64,000 nucleotides of DNA, taken from the NCBI GenBank assembly GCA_964459155.1, contig CAYWKF010000007.1, positions 10,671-74,670 on the forward strand, given 5' to 3'. A program made the position numbers and the translations under genes. This document shows, in pieces, positions 48,601-59,711 of this stretch. This DNA is from an uncultured Desulfobacterales bacterium. GTDB taxonomy: Bacteria > Desulfobacterota > Dissulfuribacteria > Dissulfuribacterales > JALVPX01. The notes beneath the pieces were generated by a model, which saw nothing but the letters and a program-made list of their open reading frames with translations, was not told the DNA's origin and made no database searches. The stretch's first letter is position 1; each line of letters opens with the position of its first letter.

Positions 48601-49367
48601 ACATATATGTCAACGTAATGTTTTAAATTTGAGATAAATGGAAGGCCTATGTGAATATCATCTATTTTGTGCACTGAATTTTCGTGGTCATCCACAAATT
48701 CTACACTTCCCTCTATCAATTCTATGTTGTTGACTGAAAACTTTGCCTCTCCGTTTTTCTCTTCGTGTTCTTGATCTTCTTTTTTTGAAGGATGGATCAG
48801 ATCATCTATGTTGAATTGGCCACTTTTATTTCGCTTCAAGTAGAACTTGGGCTCAACAATCTTCAACTCAGACAAAATCAAAGCCCGTTTGGGGAGTGAC
48901 GCCGACTCAAGGTTTATTACCAGCCCCCCAAAGCTGAACAAAGACTTTCCTGGCTCTTTACTTTTTATGGAAAGTCCAGATATCTGCACCTCAAGCTTGA
49001 ACGGATTGAATCTCACCTTTTCGATTGTAGCCGAACGATTCAAGGCTTCGGTAAGACCCTTTTGCAGGAAGTATTCTATTATCCTGGGCAGCATGAAAAA
49101 ACCAAATAGCGTATAGACGATAAATGCTGCAGCCGTAAAAATGATTACTTTCTGAATCCTTGAAAGTTTGTGCCACATCTCCACATACCCCACTGTAACA
49201 TCAAATGATTGCCAAATATAAATTGTCTGAGAATAGTTAAAGAGCTTGACAATGGCAAGAGAATGACGCCATCTTCCCCCAACTCCAACTTGTGGAATAT
49301 AGACTCCGTTTGTGCTAATTTTCTGAAAAAGTTCCGAGTTGTTATAGAGTTCTGTTTGTGTGACCAC
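45618..49367 (-). CDS. DUF748-domain large envelope protein with OmpA-like C-terminus (start may be near 49176)
   Basis: N-terminal TM anchor, repeated beta-rich segments, PYAGRYIGY.IQKGKL, LALSLL.DRKG.I, AATSPFALLG, ALSERP. Confidence 0.8.
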   Translation of the reverse strand: MVTQTELYNNSELFQKISTNGVYIPQVGVGGRWRHSLAIVKLFNYSQTIYIWQSFDVTVGYVEMWHKLSRIQKVIIFTAAAFIVYTLFGFFMLPRIIEYFLQKGLTEALNRSATIEKVRFNPFKLEVQISGLSIKSKEPGKSLFSFGGLVINLESASLPKRALILSELKIVEPKFYLKRNKSGQFNIDDLIHPSKKEDQEHEEKNGEAKFSVNNIELIEGSVEFVDDHENSVHKIDDIHIGLPFISNLKHYVDIYVTPHLSFSLNGAPFEFKGSSKPFKETRETGLDIEIKKLDLTHYVPYLPDNLGFELASGLIDTDLKLNFSMAEAEEPVISVNGTISASDIELKQKGKRLFYLKKVNTAWTPSNLMDFDFHLSKIEIDSPELFVKRYGSGNINLNQLVRDNDKGKSDDKSSGQEGAQQPNFLIDAITLENGIVHYADEALSAPFSLDLNAITLSIHNLSNKKGETSNFTLASMVSLGGKLSIQGELLLNPVKVDLKLKLDGMNIPSYAPYYMDQFKGEFASGKASIDSRFSYAVGEGEENLFKISDCNIAISNLQLDSPNQSALLSVPLLDIEKGFVDLNDQTVDVDAINVKASRAKLQIRQDGSVNFMDLLPVKDGAGQTDEEGVRPAEKEGSKWKVTIGEVALRECGLDFEDSTAAQPAKIELYPIDLIISHVSLDEKSEFDFELDANLEKNGKIRAKGKASVNGDSATAKMALANISLPLFQPYVEGFVNGVLSSGTFNWHGNLWYSADPKKGPLFELSGNGGVKKAVLIDKQINKQIFSCTSLSTKDLKFVTRPMRVKAREVSVDGLHIDFIMDEKGELNVKKILNIDNKDGQADSKDHDKGDEKLDNTFWAELALLTIKNSCITFSDFSIDPRFATSLNEIQGSLKGLSSQREARAEVDIEALINHSSKMKISGKVNPFATPLYADLKIDVLDVGLPLFTPYAGRYIGYLIQKGKLNLDLHYTVDNDRIKASNKIFLDQFTLGRHVDSPDAPNLPIRLALSLLTDRKGHIKLNIPVEGKLDDPEFSVKGAVWRAITNLIVKAATSPFALLGAVFGGGEDLQVVPFEPGSAILGPDAQKKLEVLKKALSERPKINVELTGRYDPQADSKALLEKRFEFAIKKEKFNDLSKKEKASLSVEQVTVYPEERPKYLWKAYKHARFKKPTHLFGIVKKQPPKVMERMMKEHIEISAGDLRKLGMDRAETLKKHLIQTGEIDPKRIFIVEPKALDSNSTGPHVEISLK

Positions 49368-49375
49368 ATTGCCCC

Positions 49376-50125
49376 ATGGATGACATTCGTAAGTATGAAA
49401 AAATACTCGAAGAAGGCAGCAAGCCCTTGAAAAGACGACCTTTTGATGAGCTTGGGTTAATGCTCAAGAAAAAAGAGAAAGAGCTTAAACGGATTCAGAA
49501 GAAGAAAAATATAACACAGGAAGGGGCTACAAAAAACGCGTCAACAAAGAAGGCTGACGATGAGGACTTGGCTCTCTTCTATCAAGCAATGGCGGACGTC
49601 ACCCCGTTGGAAGACAGGCCAGAGCCTGAGATCAAAAAGGCAATGATCTTATCTAGAAGTGAGCAACAAGATCAGGAAGCTGTCAAAAAATTAAAAGAAC
49701 TCGTGGAGGGCAAGGTCCCAATTGATGTCTCCAGTACGCCTGAATATGTGTGGGGCGCACAGAGCAAGGAGGCCAGGATGTTGGCCAAACGCCTTAAAAA
49801 AGGGGATTTTGCTGTTCAAGGCTACTGCGATCTTCATGGCATGACAGTGGAAGTTGCTTTAGAAGCATGCGATGATTTCATGGCCAAGGCCCTAAGGGAA
49901 GGACGGCGTTGCATTGCCTTTATACATGGCCGCGGTCTCTCATCTCCCAAGGAACCGGTATTAAAGGGAATGGTAACAAAATGGTTGAAACAGGGGCCTT
50001 ACCGGCGCTTTGTAATGGCCTTCAGCAGCGCCCCTGCATGGGACGGCGGTGCAGGGGTTACTTATGTATTGTTGAACAAGAGGCCTTTTAAGCGCAAGAA
50101 GAAAAAGGAGACATTCTGGTTTTGA
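49376..50125 (+). CDS. Smr/MutS2 C-terminal domain protein
   Basis: DLHGM, IHGRG, PVLK, WDGGAGVTYV. Confidence 0.9.
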   Translation: MDDIRKYEKILEEGSKPLKRRPFDELGLMLKKKEKELKRIQKKKNITQEGATKNASTKKADDEDLALFYQAMADVTPLEDRPEPEIKKAMILSRSEQQDQEAVKKLKELVEGKVPIDVSSTPEYVWGAQSKEARMLAKRLKKGDFAVQGYCDLHGMTVEVALEACDDFMAKALREGRRCIAFIHGRGLSSPKEPVLKGMVTKWLKQGPYRRFVMAFSSAPAWDGGAGVTYVLLNKRPFKRKKKKETFWF

Positions 50126-50736
50126 ATAAAAAGGGATTGCTCATCGTCTTTGAAGGAATAGATGGTTCGGGTAAAACTACCTTGGCAAAACTTCTTACTG
50201 ACAGGCTTGCTGCCAAAGGGCATAATGTCCTGTTCACTTATGAGCCCACCAGCGGAAGATGGGGCACGGAATTAAGGAAAAGTTTTACTGCCAACCAGCG
50301 GCTGGGCCCTGAAAAAGAGTTGGATCTCTTTTTGAGGGATCGCAAAGAGCACGTGGAGCAGGTGATAAGGCCCAAGCTGGAAAAAGGCTACATCATAATC
50401 TGCGACCGATATTACTATTCAACCATGGCTTATCAGGGAGCAAGGGGCATGGACCCAAGTCTGATTGAAAAATCCAACGAAGCCTTTGCTCCAAAACCTG
50501 ACATTCTTTTTCTCCTTAAAATTAACCCAGAAAATGCCTTGAAACGCATCCAGCAGAGACGGAAAGAGGTTCCTAATAACTTTGAGAAGTTGGATTACCT
50601 CCAAAAGGTGGATGAAATATTTGATGATCTTACAGGCGAACACATCGTCAGGATAAGTGCCGAACAGCCCATTGATCGCTCTCTGGAAATCATTATGGCC
50701 GTATTAAAGGAGCGCTTTTCTTTAAACAGCCATTAG
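50122..50736 (+). CDS. tmk: Thymidylate kinase
   Basis: FEGIDGSGKTT, EPT, ICDRYYYSTMAYQG. Confidence 0.96.
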   Translation: MNKKGLLIVFEGIDGSGKTTLAKLLTDRLAAKGHNVLFTYEPTSGRWGTELRKSFTANQRLGPEKELDLFLRDRKEHVEQVIRPKLEKGYIIICDRYYYSTMAYQGARGMDPSLIEKSNEAFAPKPDILFLLKINPENALKRIQQRRKEVPNNFEKLDYLQKVDEIFDDLTGEHIVRISAEQPIDRSLEIIMAVLKERFSLNSH

Positions 50737-50749
50737 AATTTGCCCCTAT

Positions 50750-51592
50750 CTAACTTTGCTTGATATTACAATATCTTTTTAAAAATGCCTTGATGTCATC
50801 CTCTACTGGTTGGACCTCACCCATTGGGTATCCCTTCTTTTGAGCTGCGCGGACAAGGTTCTCGATCCTTTTTCCTGGATGGGGATGGGAAGCCAACAAA
50901 TGTGCGAATTTTCCCCTATCTCCTTTCTCCAACAATCTGGAGAAAAAGGCCTGGGAACCGCCAACATGGCCATATCTTTTGTTGAGTAAATCAAGCCCCC
51001 ACAGATCTGCTCTTTCTTCCTGTGCCTGGGAATAGCGGGCTTCCATAATTTCTGCGAATGGCATGAGCAAGGGCTGCGAACCATCCTTAAATATCAACCA
51101 GGAGGCTGCCCCAAAGATCAAGCCCTTTCCAAGCCGTTTCAGGTGGTCTCTATGTGCATAATGGCCTAACTCATGGGCCAAAATCATAGACAGCTCGTTT
51201 TCTGATTCCACCTCCTTTAAGAGCCCTGAAAACACCACGATGGTGCCCCCGGGCAGAGCAATTGCATTCACATATTTTGAGTCAATTACTCGGACTGAAA
51301 AAGGGTAATGTCTCAGAGAAGAATTTTGAGGCAGGCAAGCTACTAATTGATCAAGCCTTTTTTGCAGAGGTTCACACGGCATTCCTGGATCATTTTGCAA
51401 TATCTTCTCTCCAATCCATACCTCAGCCTCCACTGGCAGGGCTGTAACCACCCATCCGGTAAGAAGCGTCAATAGCAAATAGACAACTGCGATGATTACA
51501 AACAAGCCTCCCGCCAGCCATGCCATTTCGGCAAGAGGATGCGTTTTAGGCACGTTGACATTTCCATTTGCTGGTCTGGGGTGAAATCTCAT
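50750..51592 (-). CDS. M48-family zinc metallopeptidase, membrane anchored
   Basis: NAIALPGG, ILAHELGH (HExxH), QEERAD, SHP. Confidence 0.9.
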   Translation of the reverse strand: MRFHPRPANGNVNVPKTHPLAEMAWLAGGLFVIIAVVYLLLTLLTGWVVTALPVEAEVWIGEKILQNDPGMPCEPLQKRLDQLVACLPQNSSLRHYPFSVRVIDSKYVNAIALPGGTIVVFSGLLKEVESENELSMILAHELGHYAHRDHLKRLGKGLIFGAASWLIFKDGSQPLLMPFAEIMEARYSQAQEERADLWGLDLLNKRYGHVGGSQAFFSRLLEKGDRGKFAHLLASHPHPGKRIENLVRAAQKKGYPMGEVQPVEDDIKAFLKRYCNIKQS

Positions 51593-52062
51593 GCCTGTTT
51601 GATCAACGCCGTACCATATGCTATGGCCTCTACACTGCCTATTTGTTTCTTCCTGTTTGCGGATTGTCCTATGGCACTGGTTTCAATTCTCATGTTAACT
51701 ATAATGTGTGCTCCTGCTTTGGCAGCTTCTTCTTTCATCCTTAAAATGGCCTCCCTCCTGGCCCTGTCTACGAGGCTTTCATATGAAGCCACCCTGCCGC
51801 CAAAGATGTTGCGTAGAATGGCCAACGCACGTTTGAAATAGTCTATGGAAATAACGGCATTTCCAATTACCAATTGGCCACTGGTTTTCTCGTTATCCTG
51901 GACATCCTTGAGCGTAACCGCTGGCAATGCCAAAAATTTCTGTTCTCGTCTTTCTATGGAGCGGTAATGACGTTTTTCTGCAATCGAACCGGCAGAATAA
52001 CCCAATATGAGCAAAAAAAAGGGCAGTATGAAATTCAAGTTTTGAAGTAGAAATTCGCTCAT
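51589..52062 (-). CDS. YbjQ-family protein with N-terminal TM anchor
   Basis: YESLVDRARREAILRM, IVNMRIET, AYGTA. Confidence 0.85.
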   Translation of the reverse strand: MSEFLLQNLNFILPFFLLILGYSAGSIAEKRHYRSIERREQKFLALPAVTLKDVQDNEKTSGQLVIGNAVISIDYFKRALAILRNIFGGRVASYESLVDRARREAILRMKEEAAKAGAHIIVNMRIETSAIGQSANRKKQIGSVEAIAYGTALIKQA

Positions 52063-52073
52063 GCCCCCTCCTA

Positions 52074-52388
52074 TTATTCAACCCTTACTGCCGTGCCATA
52101 TGCAAACAGCTCGGCTGCGCCCTGGGCCACAGATGAAGTGGCGAACCTCACGTTGACCACAGCGTTGGCTCCCATCTGGCGAGCCTGTTCTATCATCCGT
52201 CTTAGGGCTTCTTCCCTCGCCTCGCTGAGAAGCTCTGTATATCCTTTGAGTTCCCCACCAACTAGATTTTTCAAACCAGCCATAAAATCCCTTCCGATGT
52301 GTTTTGCCCTCACCGTGCTTCCCTGCACTATTCCATAGTGTTCCACTATAGCCTTGCCCGGTATGTTTTCCACATTGGTGACAATCAT
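52074..52388 (-). CDS. YbjQ (UPF0145) family protein
   Basis: GIVQGSTVRAKHIGRD, GGELKGYTELL, AREEAL, AYGTAV. Confidence 0.93.
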   Translation of the reverse strand: MIVTNVENIPGKAIVEHYGIVQGSTVRAKHIGRDFMAGLKNLVGGELKGYTELLSEAREEALRRMIEQARQMGANAVVNVRFATSSVAQGAAELFAYGTAVRVE

Positions 52389-52461
52389 AAGACCTCCATT
52401 CGAATGTATTTGTTCAATCCGTTTCTTCGGAAAAAGTAGTTGCCATGATAAAACTCAAATC

Positions 52462-52487
52462 AAAAAAGGCCCCTTTTGGAGCCTTTT
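52462..52487 (-). terminator. Intrinsic terminator downstream of tyrS
   Basis: Minus strand AAAAGGCTCC-AAAA-GGGGCCTTTT followed by TTG. Confidence 0.6.
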
Positions 52488-52535
52488 AGAGTTCACACGA
52501 TTACGCAAAGAAAAAACAACGGGTATACACGAATC

Positions 52536-53756
52536 TTATTGAATTAGCAGCCTCAAATAACGCCTTTTGCCTACCTTTAACACTATTGGGTGGCCAGTAG
52601 GTAAAACAATCTCCTCCTCCTTTATCTTGGTTCCATCCATACTGACAGCACCTTGCTTTACAAGCCTTCGCGCCTCTGAAGTGCTTTTTACCAGGCCCGC
52701 CTCTTTCAACACCTTGGGGAGATAGACCTTTTCCCGTGCCGACACAATGATCTCTGGAATATCTTCCGGAATCTCTCCGCGGCTAAACTGGGCTTCGAAT
52801 GCCTTCTTTGCTGCCTTTGCTGCATCCATGCCATGAAATCGGGCCACCAATTCCTCTGCCAAAGACATCTTGGCCTCTTTTGGATGGACCTTGCCGGCCT
52901 CAATATCTCGCTTGAGCTTTTCTATTTCTTCTACACTCCTATCACTCAGCAATTCGTAATATCTAAACATCAACTCGTCTGAAATGGACATGATCTTTCC
53001 AAACATCTCTCCCGGAGGCTCTGTGATCCCCACATAGTTTCCCAGGGACTTGCTCATCTTGTTGACGCCGTCCAGCCCTTCTAAAAGGGGCATGGTGATC
53101 ACTACCTGCGGGGCCTGACCATATTCACGCTGCAGATGCCTCCCAACCAGAAGATTGAATTTCTGATCAGTGCCACCCAACTCAACATCTGCCTTTAAGG
53201 CAACCGAATCATAACCTTGTATGAGAGGATAAATGAATTCGTGTATGCCAATGGGCTTGTTGGCCTGAAAACGCTTTTTAAAATCATCGCGTTCGAGCAT
53301 TCTGGCCACTGTGTGCTTGGCGCAAAGCCTTATCATATCTATGGCCTTCATCTCGTTCATCCATGTGGAATTAAAAACCACTTCTGTCTTTTTCTCGTCG
53401 AGTATCTTGAAAATCTGCTCTTTGTAGGTGCGCGCATTTTCCTGAACTTGCTCTGGAGTGAGAGGTGGCCTTGTCTCAGACTTGCCAGTGGGGTCACCGA
53501 TAAGGCCAGTAAAATCACCTATAAGGAAAAGCACTTGATGGCCCAAGTCCTGAAAATGTTTCATTTTTTGGATTAGCACAGTATGGCCTAAGTGCAGGTC
53601 TGGGGCTGTAGGGTCAAACCCTGCCTTTACCCGTAAAGGCTTGCCTGTTTCCACCGCCTTTTTCAAACGCCCGCGCAACTCTTCTTCTTCAATTATCTCT
53701 ACTGTTCCGCGTTTTATAAGCTCTAAGGCCTTGTCAATATCTTTCTCCATGTTCAC
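52536..53756 (-). CDS. tyrS: Tyrosine--tRNA ligase
   Basis: [32 protein letters not shown]-terminal S4-like domain. Confidence 0.98.
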   Translation of the reverse strand: MNMEKDIDKALELIKRGTVEIIEEEELRGRLKKAVETGKPLRVKAGFDPTAPDLHLGHTVLIQKMKHFQDLGHQVLFLIGDFTGLIGDPTGKSETRPPLTPEQVQENARTYKEQIFKILDEKKTEVVFNSTWMNEMKAIDMIRLCAKHTVARMLERDDFKKRFQANKPIGIHEFIYPLIQGYDSVALKADVELGGTDQKFNLLVGRHLQREYGQAPQVVITMPLLEGLDGVNKMSKSLGNYVGITEPPGEMFGKIMSISDELMFRYYELLSDRSVEEIEKLKRDIEAGKVHPKEAKMSLAEELVARFHGMDAAKAAKKAFEAQFSRGEIPEDIPEIIVSAREKVYLPKVLKEAGLVKSTSEARRLVKQGAVSMDGTKIKEEEIVLPTGHPIVLKVGKRRYLRLLIQ

Positions 53757-53777
53757 ACCCTAAGCTCTGCAAATCTT

Positions 53778-55340
53778 TTATTTCGCATACTCTACGGCCC
53801 TGGTTTCCCTGATCACGGTAACCTTGATTTGGCCGGGATAGCTCAATTCACTCTCAATCTTTTTGGCCACATCTCTGGAAATGAGTACAGCCTCCTCATC
53901 AGAGACTTTGCCGCTATCTACCATAATCCGTATCTCACGGCCTGCCTGCACTGCATATGATTTCTGCACACCTGGCAAAGAGGTAGCAATGCGTTCCAGA
54001 TCCTCAAGCCTTCTTACATAGGTTTCGAGCATTTCACGCCTTGCCCCTGGACGAGCACCAGAAAGTGCATCAGCAGCCTGAACTAATACTGCTATCGGTG
54101 TTTCTGGCTTGATGTCCTCATGGTGGGCAGCAATAGCATGGACGACTTCCTTTGATTCCTTGTATTTTTTGGCCAAATCAGCTCCGATCAAGGCGTGAGG
54201 ACCTTCAACCTCATGATCTACTGCCTTTCCAATATCGTGAAGTAGACCAGCCCGTTTGGCCTTTTTCACATTAAGACCCAGTTCGGCAGCCATTATGCCA
54301 CACAGGAAGGCGACCTCTATGGAATGCTGGAGCACGTTTTGGGCAAAGCTTGTGCGGAACTTCAGTTTGCCCAGCAGCTTGACCAACTCGGGGTGAACCC
54401 CATACACTCCCACATCAAATGTCGCCTGTTCGCCTGCTTCCCGGATTGCAGTGTCGATCTCTTTCTCAACCTTGTGGACAACCTCTTCAATACGGGCAGG
54501 ATGGATACGTCCATCGGCCACGAGCCGTTCAAGAGCCACTCTGGCCACCTCCCTCCGGACGGGATTGAAACCAGACAGTAGCACCGCTTCCGGAGTATCG
54601 TCTATTATAAGGTCTACGCCCGTTGCCGCTTCAATTGCACGGATATTGCGTCCTTCGCGACCGATAATACGCCCTTTCATTTCATCACTTGGAAGAGGAA
54701 CCACAGAGACTGAACGTTCTGCCACATATTCGCCAGCATATCGTGATATTGCCAGGGCAAGTATCTCCTGGGCCTTTTTGGCCGCCTCTTCCCTGGTTTC
54801 CGTCTCAATCTTCTTAAGCAGCTTTGCAGCATCCTGCCGGGCCTCTTCTTCAACTGTGGCCAAAAGCTGCTCTTTAGCCTCTTCCGATGTCATTCCAGCT
54901 ATTTTTTCCAGCTTTTCATTTTGTTCCTTGATTATTTGGACAAGTTTTTCTTCTTCTTCTTTCAGCCTGTTCTTTGCCTCTGAAACGCCCTTTTCTTTTT
55001 CAAGGATCTCTATCTCTTTTTTGTCTAAATAGGCCTGCTTCTTGTCCAGCTGTTCTTCCCGGTTTATGAGCCGCTGTTCCAAGCCTTGAAGGTTTTTTTG
55101 CCTTTCTTTGAGCTCGGCTTCTGCTTCTTGCTTGAGTTTAAAGGCTTCGTCCTTGGCATCGAGCAAAGCCTGTTTTTTCAAGCGCTCTGCTTCCGCCTTG
55201 GCTTCCAGACGAATTTTCTCAGCCTCCTGGCGTAAGGCTTCCCGGTCAGGCCCAACTGGTCTTTTTTTGGCCAGATGAAGCCCTATGGCCACACCGGCTG
55301 CAAGGCCAATTATCAATAAAAAAAATGCTAATATTTCCAT
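53778..55340 (-). CDS. rny: Ribonuclease Y
   Basis: N-terminal TM, coiled coil, [36 protein letters not shown]. Confidence 0.98.
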   Translation of the reverse strand: MEILAFFLLIIGLAAGVAIGLHLAKKRPVGPDREALRQEAEKIRLEAKAEAERLKKQALLDAKDEAFKLKQEAEAELKERQKNLQGLEQRLINREEQLDKKQAYLDKKEIEILEKEKGVSEAKNRLKEEEEKLVQIIKEQNEKLEKIAGMTSEEAKEQLLATVEEEARQDAAKLLKKIETETREEAAKKAQEILALAISRYAGEYVAERSVSVVPLPSDEMKGRIIGREGRNIRAIEAATGVDLIIDDTPEAVLLSGFNPVRREVARVALERLVADGRIHPARIEEVVHKVEKEIDTAIREAGEQATFDVGVYGVHPELVKLLGKLKFRTSFAQNVLQHSIEVAFLCGIMAAELGLNVKKAKRAGLLHDIGKAVDHEVEGPHALIGADLAKKYKESKEVVHAIAAHHEDIKPETPIAVLVQAADALSGARPGARREMLETYVRRLEDLERIATSLPGVQKSYAVQAGREIRIMVDSGKVSDEEAVLISRDVAKKIESELSYPGQIKVTVIRETRAVEYAK

Positions 55341-55807
55341 ATGGGTGGCACCTCCTAAACTCTTTCAAGGATTGCCACACCCCATCTCAGGAAATCAATC
55401 CTTAATCGAAGGAGTCAAATCTGAGCGAATTTGGATGGAAGTACTGGAATATGACCTGTTGGCTTGTTACTTTATCTACCAAAACAGCCCCTCTCCTTTT
55501 GGCCCCAACCAGCCTGTAATTATAATCTTGGGCTATGTTGGTAATCGCGTTTGTTCCACACAATCATCACGTGGCATTTGCTGATCTTACCGATGGATGG
55601 AGCATCAAATTTCATATTCGAGCTCCAAAAACATTGCCAAAAACTTACACATAACAAAAAAAGTTATGCTATTTTAGCAAAATGTCTTTTGGACCATGAA
55701 CATCCAGAGACAATTGCTTTCTCTCAGTCGTGGGGCGTTTTGGCCATTTTTTCAGCCAAATTCGCTTCAATATTTATTTAAACCCTAGACGGGGTTATAG
55801 CCTTCAA

Positions 55808-55985
55808 TCCCCCGCCAATGCCGTGCTGCCACTGGGTTGGTTGAACCTGAGAAACTCAGGTGGGCGTCTCGTCACAGCCTCCGGGATTGCGGTTTTGCCG
55901 CCATCCTCTCAGCTATGAGAGGAGACCCCCTTGTATGGGCTGTTGGCTCAACGAACGTCCAGAGCAGCACCAACACAGCAGGGGA
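55808..55985 (-). ncRNA. ssrS: 6S RNA
   Basis: About 178 nt downstream of zapA; ends pair (TCCCCTGC...GCGGGGGA; GTGCTGC/GCAGCAC); internal GAGCC, AAGGGGGT, CGCCCACCTG and GGTTCAA; classic zapA-6S synteny. Confidence 0.85.
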
Positions 55986-56016
55986 AAAATCCTCAAATTT
56001 TCAATGCTAATATAAC

Positions 56017-56319
56017 TTAATACTTTTTTTCCTTAATTTCTACAATAGAATCTATTCTTTTAGCTATATCTCTTGCTTTTTCAGAAATATTATTCTCCAC
56101 TTTCTCCAATTTCCTTTTAAGGCTGAGGCAGTCTTTGCCTATGGTTAAAACAGACAGCACCATTAATTTGTGAGGCGGCAAGCCCTGATGCTGCTGCTCT
56201 TGATCTTTAACCACCTGCTGCACATAATCCACGATTTCCTGCATGGGCACGTCGTCTTCCCCTGAACGCAGATAATAGGTGTGGCCAAAAAACTCGAATT
56301 TTACACCTTGATCAGCCAC
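56017..56319 (-). CDS. zapA: Cell division protein ZapA
   Basis: FFGHTYYL, IVDYV, LMVLSVLTIGKD, C-terminal coiled coil; precedes 6S RNA. Confidence 0.8.
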   Translation of the reverse strand: MADQGVKFEFFGHTYYLRSGEDDVPMQEIVDYVQQVVKDQEQQHQGLPPHKLMVLSVLTIGKDCLSLKRKLEKVENNISEKARDIAKRIDSIVEIKEKKY

Positions 56320-56347
56320 TAAAGATCACCCCAACCCTTTCCACAAC

Positions 56348-56608
56348 TTATTCAAACAAAGGCCCTTCGGATGATTCTTCCGACGACAAATCCAAGGCCT
56401 CCAGCTTTGACAATATATTGGTAACTCTAGTTTTAACGTCGTTTCTTTCAGTCTCAAATTCCTGTACTTTTTGCTCCAGCTCTTTGATTTTCTCTTCTTG
56501 TTCAGCTGCACGGGCTGCAAGCTTGTTCCGCTCGTCTTTCAATTCTGAACAATATTGAAGTAAAGCCTCAACCTTCTCCTCTAAACGCGTCAAATCTTGT
56601 ATGTCCAT
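56348..56608 (-). CDS. Coiled-coil protein, ZapB-like
   Basis: LEEKVEALL, heptad pattern throughout, directly upstream of zapA. Confidence 0.7.
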   Translation of the reverse strand: MDIQDLTRLEEKVEALLQYCSELKDERNKLAARAAEQEEKIKELEQKVQEFETERNDVKTRVTNILSKLEALDLSSEESSEGPLFE

Positions 56609-56686
56609 TATATCTGCCCCTTTCTATTCAAGGTATATTAAATCCTTTCTAAAATCGTGCGTCAACCTGCTGTTTTTTTCCGCAAC

Positions 56687-57679
56687 TCAGTTGGGTTGAA
56701 GATTGGAAAAGGGAGCAATGTTAGCACCCTCCTCAACGGAGACGTCTCTCAAATAGGAAAACGAACCTATCACAGCATTGTCTCCAACTTCTACATCTCC
56801 TTTCATAACCACATGCGGCCTTACGACAACGTCTTTGCCCAATTTAACAGTGGGCTCAAGATATGTTGTGTTTGCCATTTCAAAGGTTACTCCTTGCGCC
56901 ATCCAATGAAGCCTTAGCCGTTTGAGTAGAATGGATTCAGCCTTGGAAAGATCAGCCCTGGAATTTACGCCAAGAGCCTCTTCTTCTGAAGCAAAAGGAA
57001 AGGCATAAACCAACTCGCCTTGGGCTACTGCATGGCTGACGATGTCTGTCAAATAGTACTCACCTTGATCGTTATTATCATCCAGTTTGTCCAACAATTT
57101 AAAGAGCATCTCTGCATCAACCAGATAAGTTCCAGTATTTATTTCTTTTATTTGACGCTCTTCAAAAGTAGCATCCCGTTCTTCAACGATTTTGTCCATC
57201 AAAAATTCCTGGCTAGAATTTCTGACAATCCTTCCGTAACCACGTGGATTCTCGAAAAAAGAGGACAAAATGGACAACCTACTCCTATTCTTCCGGTGTT
57301 CAGACACAAACTTTTTGAGAGTTTCCAATGTAAACACCGGCGTATCGCCGCAAATGATCAAAATATCTGCCTTAACATCACTCAAAACGTCTTGTGTTTG
57401 TTTCACAGCGTGACCAGTACCCAACTGTTCAGCCTGGAGCACAAAATCGACCTGCGAATCGTCAAATTCTTTTTTCACAGATTCTGCTTTATGACCCACT
57501 ACTACGACCTTTCTGGCCACATCCAGATTGGTTAAAAGGTCCAAAACATAGCTCAACATAGGGCGGCCAAGAAGGGGATGAAGAACCTTGGGTAAGGTGG
57601 ACTTCATCCTTGTACCCTTTCCTGCTGCCAAGACCACGCCCACCAGGGGATTGTTTCCATCTCGATTGTCTTTTACCAT
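56687..57679 (-). CDS. glmU: GlmU-like uridyltransferase, short form lacking most of the acetyltransferase domain
   Basis: LAAGKGTRMKS, QLGTGHAV, GYGRIVR, EINTG, QGEYYLTD, GVNSR; ends after a few hexapeptide repeats (330 aa). Confidence 0.85.
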   Translation of the reverse strand: MVKDNRDGNNPLVGVVLAAGKGTRMKSTLPKVLHPLLGRPMLSYVLDLLTNLDVARKVVVVGHKAESVKKEFDDSQVDFVLQAEQLGTGHAVKQTQDVLSDVKADILIICGDTPVFTLETLKKFVSEHRKNRSRLSILSSFFENPRGYGRIVRNSSQEFLMDKIVEERDATFEERQIKEINTGTYLVDAEMLFKLLDKLDDNNDQGEYYLTDIVSHAVAQGELVYAFPFASEEEALGVNSRADLSKAESILLKRLRLHWMAQGVTFEMANTTYLEPTVKLGKDVVVRPHVVMKGDVEVGDNAVIGSFSYLRDVSVEEGANIAPFSNLQPN

Positions 57680-57793
57680 CTCATCCAACACCTTCGTTTT
57701 TTTGCCTAGAAAGTTTCCTGTTATTACAATAAAAAAAGGGATGTTTTTCAACATCCCTTAAGTACATTTTTTAGTCTTTATGTCTTAAATAAT

Positions 57794-58210
57794 TTATACT
57801 TCGTGTCCAGCTATTCTCAGCCTCGTAAGTGCCCTGGCCATAGCTGCCTGGGCCCTGGCTATATCTATTTTTTCTCGGCCTGCCTCGGCTTCCTGAAGGC
57901 GTCTTTCTGCCCTTTCTTTGGCACGCAAAGCGCGTTCAACATCGATTTCTTCAGAACGTTCTGCTGCCTCTGCCAGAACAGTCATGCGGTTATTTGATAC
58001 TTCGCAGAAGCCTCCGCTAACCGCCATGTTAACTGCCTCGTTATCCTTATAGTATGTCATTCTACCTATTTTTAGGCTGGCCAACAGAGGAGCATGATTA
58101 GCCATGACGCCGAAGACGCCATCACTTCCTGGGGTAGTCACCAGGTCCACTTCATCACTTACCACCAGCCTTGATGGTGTAACGACCTCTAGACGGAATT
58201 TCTCTGCCAT
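57794..58210 (-). CDS. atpC: ATP synthase epsilon subunit
   Basis: LEVVTP, GVMANHAPL, VSGGFCEV, VLAEAAE. Confidence 0.97.
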   Translation of the reverse strand: MAEKFRLEVVTPSRLVVSDEVDLVTTPGSDGVFGVMANHAPLLASLKIGRMTYYKDNEAVNMAVSGGFCEVSNNRMTVLAEAAERSEEIDVERALRAKERAERRLQEAEAGREKIDIARAQAAMARALTRLRIAGHEV

Positions 58211-58235
58211 AATTTCATCTCGCCTATTCTATTAT

Positions 58236-59705
<1,470 letters not shown>

Positions 59706-59711
59706 TCAACT

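Noticed and set aside
55285-55781. Short plus-strand ORFs (99 aa and 76 aa) in the 6S-rny gap
   Set aside because: No convincing RBS or motifs, and one overlaps rny antisense.
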